Source: Scenedesmus sp. PABB004
Taxonomy: Eukaryota
NCBI GenBank assembly: GCA_014905635.1
Contig: CM026547.1
Location: forward strand, 4,588,001 to 4,652,000
Direction of reading: 5' to 3'
DNA length: 64,000 nucleotides
Positions 50,617 through 64,000 of this stretch are shown here, piece by piece (the stretch's first letter is position 1; every line of letters begins with the position of its first letter). Below the pieces are notes generated by a model, which was given only the letters and a program-made list of their open reading frames with translations, was not told where the DNA came from and made no database searches. A program made the position numbers and the translations under genes.

Positions 50617-53513
50617 ATGCTGGACTACTTTGCCATCTTCACCAAGGGCGGCGCGCTGCTGTGGACGCTGCAGTTCACGACCGCGCTGAAGCACCACCCG
50701 CTCGACGCGCTCAACGCGCTCATCCGCACCTGCCTGCTCGAGGAGCGCTCCGGCGACGCCGCGTTCACGTACACGCCCAAGGCCGGCGCCGCGCAGGCGC
50801 TCAAGTGGACGTTCCACAACGTGCGCGCGCGCCGCGCCGCGCGCGGTGGCGGTTGGCGGCGGTTGCGGGGGCCCCACGGCAGCAGCAGGGCGCGGCGCCG
50901 CCCCCGACGCCGGCCCCGCCCCGACGCCGCCGCCCCTGCTCCCGCCGCCGCGCTGGCGCCGCGGCTGGCCCTGTGGGCGCAGGGCCTGGGGCTCGTGTTT
51001 GTCGCGGTGTACCAGAAGAGCCTGAGCCTGCTGTACGTCGACGAGCTGCTCGCGCGCGCGCGCGACGCGTTCGTTGAGACCTACGCCCCCGGGGCCTACG
51101 ACTTCCCCGGCTACGCCGACCGCTTTGCGCGCCTGCTGCGAGACTGCGAGGCGCGCGCCGATGCGGCGCGGCGCGCCGCCGCGCTGCCCAAGGCCGCGCC
51201 GCCGCCGGCGGCGGCGGGCAAGGCCGGCAGAGCCGGCGGCGGCGCGCCCGGCGCCGCGGGGAGCGGCGCGGCGACGCCGGCGGGCGGCGGCAGCGACGGC
51301 AGCGGCGGCAGCGACGGCGACGACGGCGGCGCGGGCAGCAGCAACGGCGCCGCCGGCGGCGCCAGCGGCGGCAGCGGCAGCGGCAGCGGCAGCAGCAGCG
51401 AGGACGAGCCCGCCCCGGCCGCCAACGGCGGCGCCGCCGCGGGCAGCCCCGACGGCGGGGGCTTTGACCTCGCCAAGCTGCGCAGCGTGCGCCGCAAGGC
51501 CGCCGCCGGCCCGCCGGGGCGCCGCGCCGCGCGGCGCGGGCCGGGCGAGCTGGAGAAGCCCAAGGAGGCGGCGACGGCGCCCTCGCCGGCCAAGAAGAAG
51601 CGGGTGCGGCCCCGGTCGGGGGAGGGGGGCGACAGCGGCAGCAGCGCCAGCAGTGGCCCCGCGCGGCAGCAGCGGCGGCAGGAGCGGCAGCGGCGCGCAC
51701 AGGCGCGGCTCACGCGCCGGCGGCGCGCCAACGCCGCCGCGCCGCGCAGGACCGCGTGTGGGGCGGCCTGGGGCGCAAGGACAGCGTGGAGGGGCGCATC
51801 GACTACAGCGAGGGCGCGCCCGGCGCCAACGGGCACGGCCTGCCGCACAGCGTGAGCGCCGAGGCGCTCGGCACGAGCCGCATGGACGACGACGACGAGG
51901 GCTACAGCGACAGCGAGCTCGACATCGACGAGGACGAGCTCGTCGCGGCGGCAAAGGCGCGGCGGCGGCGCGGGGCGCGGGCCGGCAGCGGCAGCGCGCC
52001 GGCGCGGGGCGCGGGCCGGCAGCGGCAGCGCGCCGGCGCGGGGCGGGCCGTGGCGGCGGCGCGCCGACGCGCGGCGCGCGCGCCGCTCCGCGCCCGCCGC
52101 CGCAGGGCGCGGCGCCGGCCAAGCGCGGCGTGCTGGGCGCGTTTGTGGGCAAGCTCGCGCTGAGCGTGGTGGGCTCGTCGGCGCTGACCGCGGAGGAGCT
52201 CGCGCCGGCGCTGTCCGAGATGAAGGCGAAGCTGATGGAGCGCAACGTGGCGGAGGAGATTGCGGGCCAGGTCGTCGACAGCGTCGCGCGCAGCCTCGAG
52301 GGCAAGAAGCTCGCCAGCTTCACGGGTGCGCGCGGCGCGGCGCGGGGCGGGGCGGGGCGGGGCGGGGCGTGCATGTGTGTGCGCGTGCTGGCCAGGGGCC
52401 GGCGGCGCGCCGACGCCCCCCGCCGCGCCGCGCCGCGCCGCGCCGCCGTGCCGCGCGCAGGCGTGGGCCACTTTGTGCGGCGCGCGTTTGAGGACGCGCT
52501 GTCGGCGATCCTCAACAAGCGCCAGGTGGACGTGCTGGGCGGCATCGCGCGCGCGCGCGCGCGCGGCAAGCCCTACGTCATCGTCTTTTGCGGCGTCAAC
52601 GGCGTCGGCAAGAGCACCAACCTCGCTAAGATCGCGTACTGGCTCGGCCAGCACGGCGCCAAGGTGCAGCTCGCGGCGTGCGACACCTTCCGCGCGGGCG
52701 CGGTGGAGCAGCTCAAGACGCACGCGGCGCGCCTCGGGGTGCGTGCGCGCGCTCCGCCGCGCCGCGCGCCCCGCTCTCACGCGCCCTGCTCTCACGCGCC
52801 CCGCCGTGTGCCGCGCACCCCGCGCACTCACGCACCCGCCCCGCCACGTGCGCCACGCCCCGCCGCTGGCTGCGCCGCCACACGCCCAGGTGCCGCTGTA
52901 TGAGCGCGGCTACGAGAAGGACCCCGCCAAGATCGCGGCCGAGGCGGTGCGCGTCGCGGCGCGCGACGGCCGCGACGTCGTGCTCGTCGACACGGCGGGG
53001 CGCATGCAGGACAACGAGCCCCTCATGCGCGCGCTGAGCGGGCTGATCGCGCTGAATGAGCCCGAGCTCGTGCTCTTTGTCGGCGAGGCGCTCGTCGGCA
53101 ACGACGCGGTCGACCAGCTCGTCAAGTTCAACCGCTCCCTCGCCGACCTCGCGCCCGGCGCGGCGTCGGGCGGCCCCCGGACCCGCCAGGTCATCGACGG
53201 CATCGTGCTCACCAAGTTTGACACCATCGACGACAAGGCGCGACCGCGCGGGCCGCGCGCCGCGCCGCGCCGGGCGGGGGGACGCGGGGCTTGGCGCTCT
53301 GGGCGGCCGACGGCGGCCCCGGGCCGGGCCGGGCGCCGCGCGCTCAGGGCTCGACCGAGACAGCCGCCCCGCCGCGTTGCCGCGCAGGTCGGCGCGGCGC
53401 TGAGCATGGTGTACGCGAGCGGCGCGCCGGTGATGTTTGTGGGGTGCGGGCAGACGTACGTGGACCTCAAGAAGCTCAACGTGCGCGCCGTGGTCAACAG
53501 CCTGCTCAAGTAG
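50617..53513 (+). CDS. SRPRA: Signal recognition particle receptor alpha subunit
   Basis: [16 protein letters not shown] longin start, [53 protein letters not shown]; 6 introns. Confidence 0.97.
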
Positions 53514-54057
53514 GGGCGCCGGCGGCGGGGGCTGGCGGCGGCTGCGTCGGGGCCTGCGTCGGGTGCAGCAGCGGACGTTTCATTGATTGGTTCATGGCTT
53601 GCCAGCGCGGCCTGCTAGCAGCAGCAGCCCAAGAACGCGGGGCTCGTCCGGGGCGAGGGGGCGTACGCACTGCCGCGACGGCAGCAAAACGGCCTTGGCG
53701 CGCGGCACGAGGCGCGGTAACCGTCGCGCTCGGTCGCGAGGTCGCGAGGTGCCCAGGGGCTTGCTCGAGCGCCGACGCGACGGCGCTCAAAACAACGGCG
53801 GCCAGAACGGCGCGGCAACCGCGGGTCGTGGATCGCTGCGCCCGCTCCCGGCACTCCGCCGTCGGGCCAACCACCACGACGCGCAGCTGCCCGCGCCGCC
53901 AGCCGCCGCGGGGGCAGCGCAATCGCCGCCGCTGCTGCTGCTGCCGCTGCCGCTGCTGCCGCCAGCTGCTGTTGCCGCCGCTGCCGCCGCTGCCGCCAGC
54001 TGCTTGCCGCCGCTGCCGCCAGCTGCTTGCCGCCGCTGCTGCCGCTGCACCCCGGCG

Positions 54058-55743
54058 ATGCCGCCGCTCTTCACGCCGGCGACGATGCCGGGCGGCGGTG
54101 CCGGTGGTGCCGGGGGCGCGCTGCGCGTGGTGTCGTGGAATCTGTTGGCAGACAAATATAGCGCTTGCCACGCTCACTACTGTCCGGCGGCCGCGCTCGC
54201 GCTGCCGGCGCGCCTGCCCAAGATCCTGGCGCGCCTGGAGGCGCTCGCGCCCGACCTGCTGATGCTGCAGGAGGTGGAGGAGATGACCTTCCGGGATGGC
54301 CTGCAGCCCTGGCTGGCGGGCCGCGGCTGGAGCAGCATGTGGCACCCGCGCGCGCCGCCGCTGGGCGTGGCGGGCCCGCCCGAGGGCGTGAGCCTGCACT
54401 GGCGGGACGCCGCGTTCAGCGTGCTCGCCAGCCGCGGCGTGACCTTTGCGGACGCGCTCGCGGCGCCCGGCGGCGGCGGCCTGCCGGGCACGTGCTGCGG
54501 CCGGCACGCGGCGCGCGGCGCGGGCGGCGCGCGCTTCCACGCCGCGCTCGCGCAGCGCGGCGAGGGCGCCGCGCTCGCGCTGCTGCGCCACGAGCAGAGC
54601 GGCGCCGCGCTGCTGGCGTGCTCGACGCACCTCTTCTGTGAGCGGCGGCGTGGCACGCGGCGCTGGGCCGGGCGGGCCGCGGCGCGCAGCGCGCGGCGCC
54701 CGCGCTCACGCGCCGCGGCGCGCGCAGGGAACCCGCTGCACCCTGACATCAAGGTCGCGCAGGCGGCGCTGCTGTGCAGCAGCATCGCGGGCTTCCTGGC
54801 GGAGCAGGGCCTCGCCGCTGGGGACGTGCCGCTCGCGATCGGCGGCGACCTCAACAGCCTGCCCAGCAAGTGGGCGAGCGACCAGTGGGACGAGGTGAGC
54901 GGCGGGCACTCGCGGCGCCGGCGCCGGCGCCGGCGCTTGCGCCGCGCCGGGCGGCGGGCGACGGGCGCGCCGTGCCCGCTGGCCGCAGGTGCCGCCCGGC
55001 GAGACGCTGGTCAGCGGCGTGTTCGAGCTGCTGTCGACGGGCGAGCTGGGCCCTGCGCACCAGGACCACCCGTCCAACCGCAGCTGCGCGCACTGCGGCA
55101 GCCGCGGCCGCGCGAGGCGCGCGCGCGAGCGCCAGCCCGCGCTCGCGGCGCGGGGCGGCGCGCAGCAGCCGCCGCAGCACGCGGGGCTTGTGGCGGAGCC
55201 GTGGGGCGGCGAGGGCTCCTCGTCCTCGTCCTCCTCGGACGACGAGCAGCCGCAGCAGGAGCAGCAGCAGCCGCAGCCGCAGCGGCGGCCCGGCCAGCGC
55301 AGCGGCAATGGCAGCGGCGGCAGCAGCAGGGGCGGCAGCCCGGGCGGCGGGCGGCACCTGGTGCACCACACCTTTGACACCGCCGGCCTGCGGCTCGCGT
55401 CGAGCCACACGATGGCGCACGGCAGGCGCGCGCGGGGCGTGCGGGGGGCGTGGGGCGCCGCACACGGCGGGCCGCGCCGCCGCCGACGCCCGCCTCCGCC
55501 CGCCGCCGCCGCAGGGAGCCGGCGCTGACAACGCGCACGAGCAGCTTCAGCGGCACGCTCGACTACGTGTGGCTGTCCTCGCCGCACTGGCGCGTGGCCG
55601 CCACGGTCCAGCTGCCGCCCGAGGCTGTGCCAATCGCGGAGCTGCCGCCATGCCCTAACGAGTCCGAGCCGTCCGACCACCTGCCGGTGGGCTGCGAGGC
55701 GGTGCTGCTCGTCGACCCGCCGGGGCGGCGGCGGAGCGCGTGA
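54058..55743 (+). CDS. CCR4/nocturnin/Angel-family EEP phosphoesterase
   Basis: VSWNLLA, LMLQEVE, THLFWNP (W split by an intron), GGDLNS, FSGTLDYVW, PSDHLP. Confidence 0.9.
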
Positions 55744-55941
55744 CCAGGCTTTTGCCAGCGCCGCCGCCGCCGTGCAACGCCGCCGTTCGCCCTCCCCACC
55801 ACTCCCCGCCGACCAGAGCAGCATTCGGCCGCGCCCAGCCGATCCGGGGGTCGCGCCAGCACCCGCCGCGGAGCGAGCAGCAGCTGGGCGGCGCGCCCGC
55901 TCAGCAGCCGCCGCCGTGCGCCCGCAGCAGCTCGCGGCGCC

Positions 55942-57974
55942 ATGCTGCCAGCGGCCGCGCACCCTCCTCCCTCGCTGCTCGCTGGCATCGCTCGCAGCGC
56001 CGGCGCCGCGGCGGCGCGGCGCTGGAGCAGCGCGCGCGGCGCCCGCTGCGCGAGCTCGGCGAGCTTCGCCGCCGCCGACCTGGAGGTGGTGCAGCAGGCG
56101 GCACGCAGCGGGCCAATCGAGCTTCCGCATGACCTGCCCTTCGGCCGCGTGTTCACCGACCACATGCTGCTGGCCGAGCACACGGCGTTCGCCGGCTGGG
56201 GCCGCCCGCGCATCGTGCCGTTCGGGGCGCTGCCGCTGCACCCGGCCGCGCAGGTCCTGCACTACGGGCTGTCCTGCTTTGAAGGCGCGGCCGCTGGCGC
56301 TGCGCGCCGCCGCCGCAGCTGCACAGCGCACAGCGGCGGCTGACCGCGTCGCGCACCTCTGTCTCTCGTTCTCTCTCTGTGCCCCCGTTGCGTGTCTCTC
56401 GGCTGGTCGGTTGTCTCGCTCTCTCTCTCTCTCTCGTGCACGCGCGCGCTTTGAAGGCATGAAGGCGTTCCCCGGCCCGGACGGCCGCGGCCGGCTCTTC
56501 AGGCCAGACATGAACATGGCGCGCCTGCGGCGCTCCGCGCAGCGCCTCATGCTGGCAGACTTCGACCCCCAGGCGAGGCCGCGGCGGCGCCGCCGCCCGC
56601 CTGGCCGCCACACGGCCCGGGCGTCGGCGGCGGCGCGCCGAGCCGCCGCGCCGCCGCGCCCGCGCGCAGGAGCTGCAGGCCTGCATCGCCGCGCTGCTAC
56701 GCGTCGACCGCGGCTGGATGCCGGCGCGGCCTGGGCACGCGATGTACATGTGCGGGCAGCAGCCGCGCGCAGCGCGCCCAGCCGGCCGGCAGCGCGCCGC
56801 GGGACACGCCGCCGCCGCGCGCCCCCCGTGTCGCGCCGCGCCGCGCAGCCGGCCGTTCCTCTTTGGCAGCGACGGCGCGCTCGGCGTGCACGCGAGCTCC
56901 CGCACCACACTGGCGGTCATCCTGAGCCCCGTGGGGCCCTACTTCCCGTCGGGTGAGACCCGCGGGCTGCGAACCCCTGCCGCGGGGCGCCGGCGGCGCC
57001 GGCGCTCGGCCGGCCAGCGGCGCCCCGCCCGCTCACGCGCGCCCGCGCGCCCGGCAGGCGCCGCGCCGGTGCGACTGCTGCTGGACACGGCCAACGTGCG
57101 CGCCTGGCCTGGCGGCGCGGGGGCGCACAAGGTGAGCCGCAGCGCGGCCCGGGCGGCGCGCCCCGCCGCAGCCGTGCTCGAGGTGACCCGCCTCGCCGCC
57201 GTCGCTCACACGCGCCCGCTCGCGCGCGCCCCGCCCCGCCCGCGCCCAGGTCGCCGGCAACTACGCGCCCACGGTCGCGCCGCAGGTCGCGGCCATGCAG
57301 CAGCACCGCTGCAGCCAGGCACGTGCGCGGCCATGCACTGCCGCCGCGTGGCGCGCGCACGCGCGTCCCGCCGCCGGCGGCGCGCGCGCGCGCCGCCGCC
57401 CGCTCACGCGCCCGCGCCGGCGCTCCCCGCTGCCCGCCAGGTGCTCTACACGCTGCCGCGGGGCGCCGACTCGCGCGACGCGCTGCTGAGCGAGTGCGGG
57501 GCGATGAACATGATGTTTGTTCTGGACCGTCGTGGCGCCAGCGACGGGGCGAGCGGGGCCGCCGGCGGTGGCGGCGGCGGCGCTCCGTCCCTGGAGGTCG
57601 TGACGCCGCCGCTGGACGGGACCATCCTGCCGGGTGTGACGCGCGACAGCATACTCTCCCTGCTGCGCGCGGGCCGGCCCGACGTGGCCGTGAGCGAGCG
57701 GGCGCTGACCGTGGGCGAGCTGCTCGACGCGCACGCGGGCGGGCGGCTGCGCGAGGCGTTTGGCTGCGGCACGGCGTGCGTGGTGCAGCCGGTCGGCACG
57801 CTCGTCACGCCGGACGGCGTCGAGCTGTGCCTGCCCTCGGCCGCGGGCGGCGCTGAGCGCGGCGGCGGCGGCGACGACGGCGGCGACGGCAGCGTCGCCG
57901 AGTGGGCGCGGGCGCGGCTGGCCGACATCCAGTACGGCCGCGTGGAGTCGCCCTGGAGCGTGCCGTACGAGTGA
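55942..57974 (+). CDS. Branched-chain amino acid aminotransferase (class IV PLP enzyme), organelle-targeted
   Basis: FGRVFTDHML, LHYGLSCFEGMKAF, LFRPDMN, HKVAGNYAP (PLP Lys), ECGAMN, ILPGVTRDS, EAFGCGTA; 6 introns. Confidence 0.97.
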
Positions 57975-58260
57975 CGGTGTCGTGCGGGGCGCGGCAGGCA
58001 GGCAGGCAGGCAGGCGCTGGCAGGCAGGCAGCGGGTTGTTGCGAGGGGGCGCCATCTGTGCCCAGCGGCGCAGCACACGCGCCCTGCGGCGCGACGGCTG
58101 GCGACCGAGTTGAGCGGCGAGCGGCGGCGAGGCGGGGTTGCGGTTGTGACGTAACCGTTGCAGGCTCCGGCGACAGATTGGTGCCTCGGCCCGGCTGCGC
58201 ACACGCAGCGCGCGCCGCCAGGCTGCGTCCCCGCCCTCTCTCCCCTGGGCGCGCGCGCGC

Positions 58261-59846
58261 TCATCTGAGGCCGAGCTCGACGCTGCTGAACATGCCGCCC
58301 GCGCCCGCGCCCGCGCCCGCCGGCGACGGCAGCCCCGCCAGCCCGCCCACGCCCAGCCCCAGCCCCAGCTGCTGCTGCTGCCCCGCCGGCGCGGGCGCGG
58401 CGCCGCCGGCGCTGCCGCCCGCGCCGCCGCTGCCGCTCGGGCCGGCGCCGCCGGGGCGGCCGCCGGCCTGCTCTGTGAGGCGCTTGAAGGTGAGGTGGCG
58501 CATGTGCTGCATGTGGTGCTGCACGTCCGGCATGTTGAGGCCCTTGAGGTGCGGCGAGGCCTGGTACTCGTTCAGCAGGTCGCCTGGCGGGGTGAAGGCA
58601 GGGTTCAGGCGGGGTTTAGGCGGGGGGCGGGGCAGGGCGGGAGAGGGCAGGAGGGAGAGGGAGCGTGATTGTGCGTGGGTGCCAGGACCGGCAGCGCGTG
58701 CGGCGCGGCACAGCCAGCGCGCGCACCCGTGCTGCAGGTCGTCGCGTCAAACTGGCCAAAGTCGAGGCCCAGCTTGCCGCCGCGCATCTCGAGGTGCAGG
58801 TCCAGGAACTGCCCGGGGCGCGCGCGCGGCGCGGCCAGCGGTCAGCGGTCAGCGGTCAGCGGCTTCCGCCGCCCAGCACACGCACGGCCGGCCAGCCGGG
58901 GCGCCGGCTGCCAGGTGCCGGGCGTCCGCGTTGGGCCCCAGGTGCCCCCCCCCCCCACCCAGACACACCCACCTGCTCGTTCATGCGCATCTCTGCCGGC
59001 TCGTAGCTCCGCCGCGCCTGCATCGCCTTGCTCGTCATCGCGTCGATGCCGTCGACAAAGACCAGCACCTCCATCATGCGCGCGTCCATCTCCTGCGCCG
59101 CGTGGGCGGCGCCGGCCGGCGGCCGCGCGCGTCAACGGGCTGCTGCGCCGCGCCGCGCCGCCGCGGCGCGACCCCGCCCCGGCGGCAACGCGCGCGGGCG
59201 CGCGCGTGCCCGGTGTGCGCGCCTGGAGCGAGAGGTTGTAGAGCGGGCTGGAGGGCTTGATGAGGTGAACCACGTGCGCGGGGAAGCCGAGCTGCAGGTT
59301 CATCTGCTGCGCCGCGACCGCCTCGACGTCGAGGTACTCAAACACATAGTTGCTCGGCGTGATCGAGTCGATCGCGGTCACGAGGACGCGGATCTCGGGC
59401 TTGAGCAGCTGGTGCTTGCGGATGTTGGCCACCCTGGGCGCGCGCGGGCGGCGCGGGGCGGCGGGCGTGGCGGCGTGGAGCGGGCGTGGGCGCGTGTGGG
59501 CGTGGGTGTGGTGGTGAGCGGCAGCGGGCAGCGCTGGGAGAGGGAAGGAGGGAGGGCCGCGCCGGCGCCGGCGGCGCGCGGGCGGCGGCGCGTGAGGCCG
59601 CGCGCGCGCGGGCGCGCGTGTCACCTAAACGTGAGCGCCCAGACGCCGCTCGCGTGGCGCGTGATGGTGCAGAGCGAGCTGAACTGGATGCTGTTGGCGC
59701 GCTTGAAGGGCGCGCTGAAGCGCGCAAAGACGAGGCCGAGCATGATGAAGTTGATCAGGCTCGACGCGATGACCTGCGCGTGCCAGAGGGCGTGCCGAGG
59801 CGGCGTGCGTGAGCGGGCGCGCGTTGAAGAGGAGGCGCGCGCGCGC

Positions 59847-59913
<67 letters not shown>

Positions 59914-60494
59914 GCGCCGCCAGCCGCCGGCGCGCCGCGCAGCCGAGCGCACAGCTGCCCGCCCGCGCGGGGGCGCGCGCCTGGAGCATGACCACGATGT
60001 TTGGCCCCACGCAGGTGATCTCGGGGTAGATCTGGTTGAACCCCAGCGTCGACGCGGTGCGGCTCGACATCCAGAGCGCGTGCGCGAAGCTGCCGTTGAT
60101 GCCGACGACGCAGGTCGGCGGGAACGCGAGGTAGATGAGCGCAAAGGTGATGAACTGAAGCACGTACGTGGCGAAGAAGATGATGATGAACTTCCACCTG
60201 GGCGCAGGTGGCGGCGAGGCGCGCGCGCGTGCGCGAGGCGTGCGTGTGCGGGCGCCGCTGCTGCCGCCGGGGCGGGGGCGGCTGCGGCCGCTCGCTGCGA
60301 GCCACCTGGCCGCCGGCGCACCAGGGCAGGTTGAGGAGGGTGTGGAAGGGGTCGCCCAGGTAGGTGGCCCACTTGTTGATACCGAAGCGGTCGACGCCGG
60401 TGAAAAAGGGCCGGCGCCGGTCGAGCAGGCTCGGGCGCTCGCCGCCGGCGCGTGCGCGCGGCTTATTGCGCAGCGAGGTCAGGCTGGGCGGCAT
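58261..60494 (-). CDS. Inward-rectifier potassium channel family (Kir/IRK) protein with atypical filter
   Basis: DPFHTLLNLPW, TM1, pore SSRTASTLGFN, C...TM2 GLVFARFSAPFKRANSIQFS, FRVANIRKHQL, HLIKPSSPLY, ARRSY; 6 introns. Confidence 0.9.
59848..59911. repeat. (AG)32 microsatellite in a Kir intron
   Basis: Perfect AG dinucleotide run. Confidence 0.95.
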
Positions 60495-60951
60495 GGCGGA
60501 CGACGCGCCGCGGGGGCGCCGGGGGGCTGCGCGGGGCGCCGGCGCTGCCGCCGCCGGCGGTTGGCGCTGCGGCGGGGCCTTCACGCCGCCTGCTCCTGCT
60601 CCCGCGCTGTGGCGAACGGTGTGGGCTCGCCTCGACGGGGGGGTGAGGCGGGCGCGGGCGGGTGGCGAGGGAATGCCGCAGCAGCAGCGGCGGCGGCCGC
60701 GGCGCGCGCGTGTGCGGCGGCGGCCTGGCTGTGTGCTTGACGGGAGGCCGGTCTGGCTGCGGAAGCGGCGCGGGAGCAGGGCTCGACCGCAGCGCGGCGG
60801 GGCGTGGGTTAACACACGCCGGGGCCGCCGCCGCGGGCCGCCGGGCGGCCCTGCGCCGAATACCCTAGTATTCAAATGATGCACGACACGACAAACGCAC
60901 GACGACGACAACGCAGGACAACGCGGTGCAGCACCGCAATGCAGAGGGTCA

Positions 60952-63764
<2,813 letters not shown>

Positions 63765-64000
63765 CGCGCCGGGCTGTGGATCGGCAGCGGCGGGGTGAGG
63801 GACGGCGGTCGGGCGGGGGCGGGCGGGGGGCACGCGGACGACGTGTGGGGCGGGCAAGCGGGCGGCGGGCGGCCCAGCGCCGGCCGCGGCGGTGCGGCGA
63901 GCAGTTGGCAGGGTTTTCTTGACCTGCTGTGACCGCGAAGAACCTCGCAGCCGCGCGCATGGCGCCGTCCCGCGGCGCCCGATCGGCTGGCGGCGGGGCG

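Noticed and set aside
53920..54045. Degenerate 23-bp/GCC-GCT repeat upstream of the CCR4-like gene
   Set aside because: Ordinary low-complexity slippage repeat with no supportable function.
50012..58620. Isolated telomere-like words (GGGGTTAGGG ~50012, GGGTTTAGG ~58612)
   Set aside because: Single copies; cannot be distinguished from chance or ordinary telo-boxes.

Overview
Very GC-rich (roughly 80% by inspection), intron-rich eukaryotic nuclear DNA from a chlorophyte green alga. The gene set and intron style are Sphaeropleales/Scenedesmaceae-like; this is inference. Most long ORFs in the six-frame track are GC artefacts. Manual splicing recovers about 22 multi-exon genes: a CW-zinc-finger protein (partial), a small orphan gene, an adenylate-kinase-like protein, a CUE/Smr protein, an EGLN-like 2OG-Fe(II) oxygenase, an ABCB half-transporter, rubredoxin RBD1, UDP-arabinopyranose mutase, a secreted CBM10-like protein, plastid ClpP, a RING protein, SIZ1, a glutathionyl-hydroquinone reductase, ATP synthase delta, PIG-V, a PAO-like Rieske oxygenase, FtsH, SRP receptor alpha, a CCR4-like EEP, BCAT, a Kir channel and GAPDH. 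Most notable: (1) a ~99%-identical ~0.76-kb inverted repeat enclosing a small orphan gene and sitting upstream of two divergent genes; (2) apparent U-to-C drift of RNA-processing signals, with about a quarter of introns having GC donors (always after exonic AG) and TGCAA apparently replacing the chlorophyte TGTAA poly(A) signal; (3) a 2H-phosphoesterase-like + YwbE-like + CUE + DUF1771-Smr fusion; (4) a SIZ1 SP-RING lacking its zinc ligands; (5) a Kir channel with a TLGFN filter and pore-helix Glu-to-Arg; (6) an intron bounded by an 11-bp direct repeat. CDS coordinates are start-to-stop spans including introns and were inferred by eye.
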